Positions 62,985 to 64,000 of a stretch of 64,000 bases of DNA are shown here, one piece after another. Both the position numbers and the translations under genes were made by a program. Source of the DNA: Alphaproteobacteria bacterium (GTDB lineage Bacteria; Pseudomonadota; Alphaproteobacteria; UBA7887); NCBI GenBank assembly GCA_965216755.1, contig CBDCGL010000011.1, forward strand, positions 800,001 through 864,000, read 5' to 3'. The notes below the pieces were generated by a model, which saw only the letters and a program-made list of their open reading frames with translations, did no database searches and was not told the origin of the DNA. Each line of letters starts with the position of its first letter. Position 1 is the stretch's first letter.

Positions 62985-64000
62985 CACTGCCCCTCCCCGT
63001 CGCGCCCAGATCGCGGCAACAACACCGAAATTGCGGTACACCGTGGCTTGCTATCGATCTCGATGACCCCGCCATGGTCTTGAACGAGCTTCGCGACGAG
63101 TGACAAGCCGAGCCCTGTTCCGCGCGCCTTCGTGGTGACAAACGGTTCGAACAAATTGGCCCGTATCGAATCTGGAACGCCGGGGCCGTTGTCCTGAACG
63201 GTTACCACGATCGGCAACTGGACCGGCGCGGCGCCGCCGGCAACGGCCATGCGCCAACCGTGTTGATATCGCGTGATCAAGCGGATTCGGCCCCCGGTCT
63301 GTGGCACCGCTTCTGCCGCGTTCTTCAGCAAATTGAGAAAGATCTGGATCAGTTGATCGCGGTTGCCCAGCACCGCCGGAATCGACGGATCATATTGCTC
63401 TTCGACGTCAACATTCTTCGCGAAACCATTGACCGCCAACTGCCGGACATGATCAAGAACAGTGTGAATGTTGACCTCTGTCTTGGCCGTTGGTCGGTCA
63501 TCGGCAAACACATCCATGCGGTCGACCAAATTGCCGATGCGGTCCGCCTCCAGGCAGATCAACTGAGTCAATTCACGATCCGAGCCACTGACGGCACGAT
63601 CCAGCAACTGTGCCGCACCGCGGATGCCGGACAGCGGATTGCGCACCTCGTGTGCCAACATGCCGGCCATGCCGGCGATTGATCGTGCCGCGCGACGATG
63701 GGTGAATTGGTGATCGATCCTCAAAGCCACCGATCGCTCTTGCATCGCCATGACAATCCGCTTTTTGTCGTCCAACATCGGCGCAACCTGTACGTCCACT
63801 AACCATTCCCCGATCCTCGGGCCAGCAATGCGTATGCCATACTCCATGACGGTGTTGCCCTGGCCGCGGACTTGGTCGACCAACCCCAGCAAAGGACTAT
63901 CTTCCGGAAGCAAATCCGCCAGTTCCTTGCGTTCCAACAATACAGCGCTATGCCCCAACATCTGCTCGGCCGCGGCGTTCGCAAATTCAATTTGGTTATC
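62984..64000 (-). CDS. ntrB: nitrogen regulation sensor kinase NtrB (5'-truncated by window edge)
   Basis: [43 protein letters not shown]; frame open to 64000; TGA/ATG overlap with ntrC. Confidence 0.95.
   Translation of the reverse strand, partial: DNQIEFANAAAEQMLGHSAVLLERKELADLLPEDSPLLGLVDQVRGQGNTVMEYGIRIAGPRIGEWLVDVQVAPMLDDKKRIVMAMQERSVALRIDHQFTHRRAARSIAGMAGMLAHEVRNPLSGIRGAAQLLDRAVSGSDRELTQLICLEADRIGNLVDRMDVFADDRPTAKTEVNIHTVLDHVRQLAVNGFAKNVDVEEQYDPSIPAVLGNRDQLIQIFLNLLKNAAEAVPQTGGRIRLITRYQHGWRMAVAGGAAPVQLPIVVTVQDNGPGVPDSIRANLFEPFVTTKARGTGLGLSLVAKLVQDHGGVIEIDSKPRCTAISVLLPRSGRDGEGQ

Overview
Chromosomal DNA from an alphaproteobacterium (Rhodospirillales-like gene order, roughly 55-60% GC by eye) that probably spans the replication terminus. 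A 28-bp XerCD dif-like site lies at 26926-26953, and the core operons converge on it from both sides. The left core block is on the + strand: mltB-like, rlpA, dacA, tmk, holB, metG, tatD, MBL-fold hydrolase, mazG. The right core block is on the - strand: ntrB(partial)-ntrC-ntrY-ntrX-trkA-trkH-dat-hfq-hflX, then groES-groEL with a CIRCE element. There are three accessory regions. (i) 0-8.6 kb holds an orphan NosR/NirI-family flavo-FeS membrane protein behind a PilZ gene, a stand-alone Tat-exported TRAP binding protein, 1.9 kb of non-coding DNA downstream of tRNA-Ser(UGA), and a LysR/glutathionyl-hydroquinone reductase pair. (ii) 8.8-17 kb is a thiolase-less acyl-CoA operon built around a BadI/MenB-type crotonase with a split PaaH-like dehydrogenase, followed by a membrane-anchored TRAP binding protein. 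(iii) 28-48 kb is a mosaic glycan island: three Wzy/O-antigen-ligase-like proteins, a UPF0104-type membrane protein plus an ABC flippase, a WbaP-type initiator, four glycosyltransferases, a deacetylase, an SGNH protein, a Tat-exported beta-helix protein and several IS scars, with no Wza/Wzc exporter. No CRISPR array, prophage, rRNA or intact IS was seen. The best candidates for undescribed biology are the acyl-CoA operon, the glycan island and the orphan PilZ-NosR unit. All family calls come from motif reading, not database searches.
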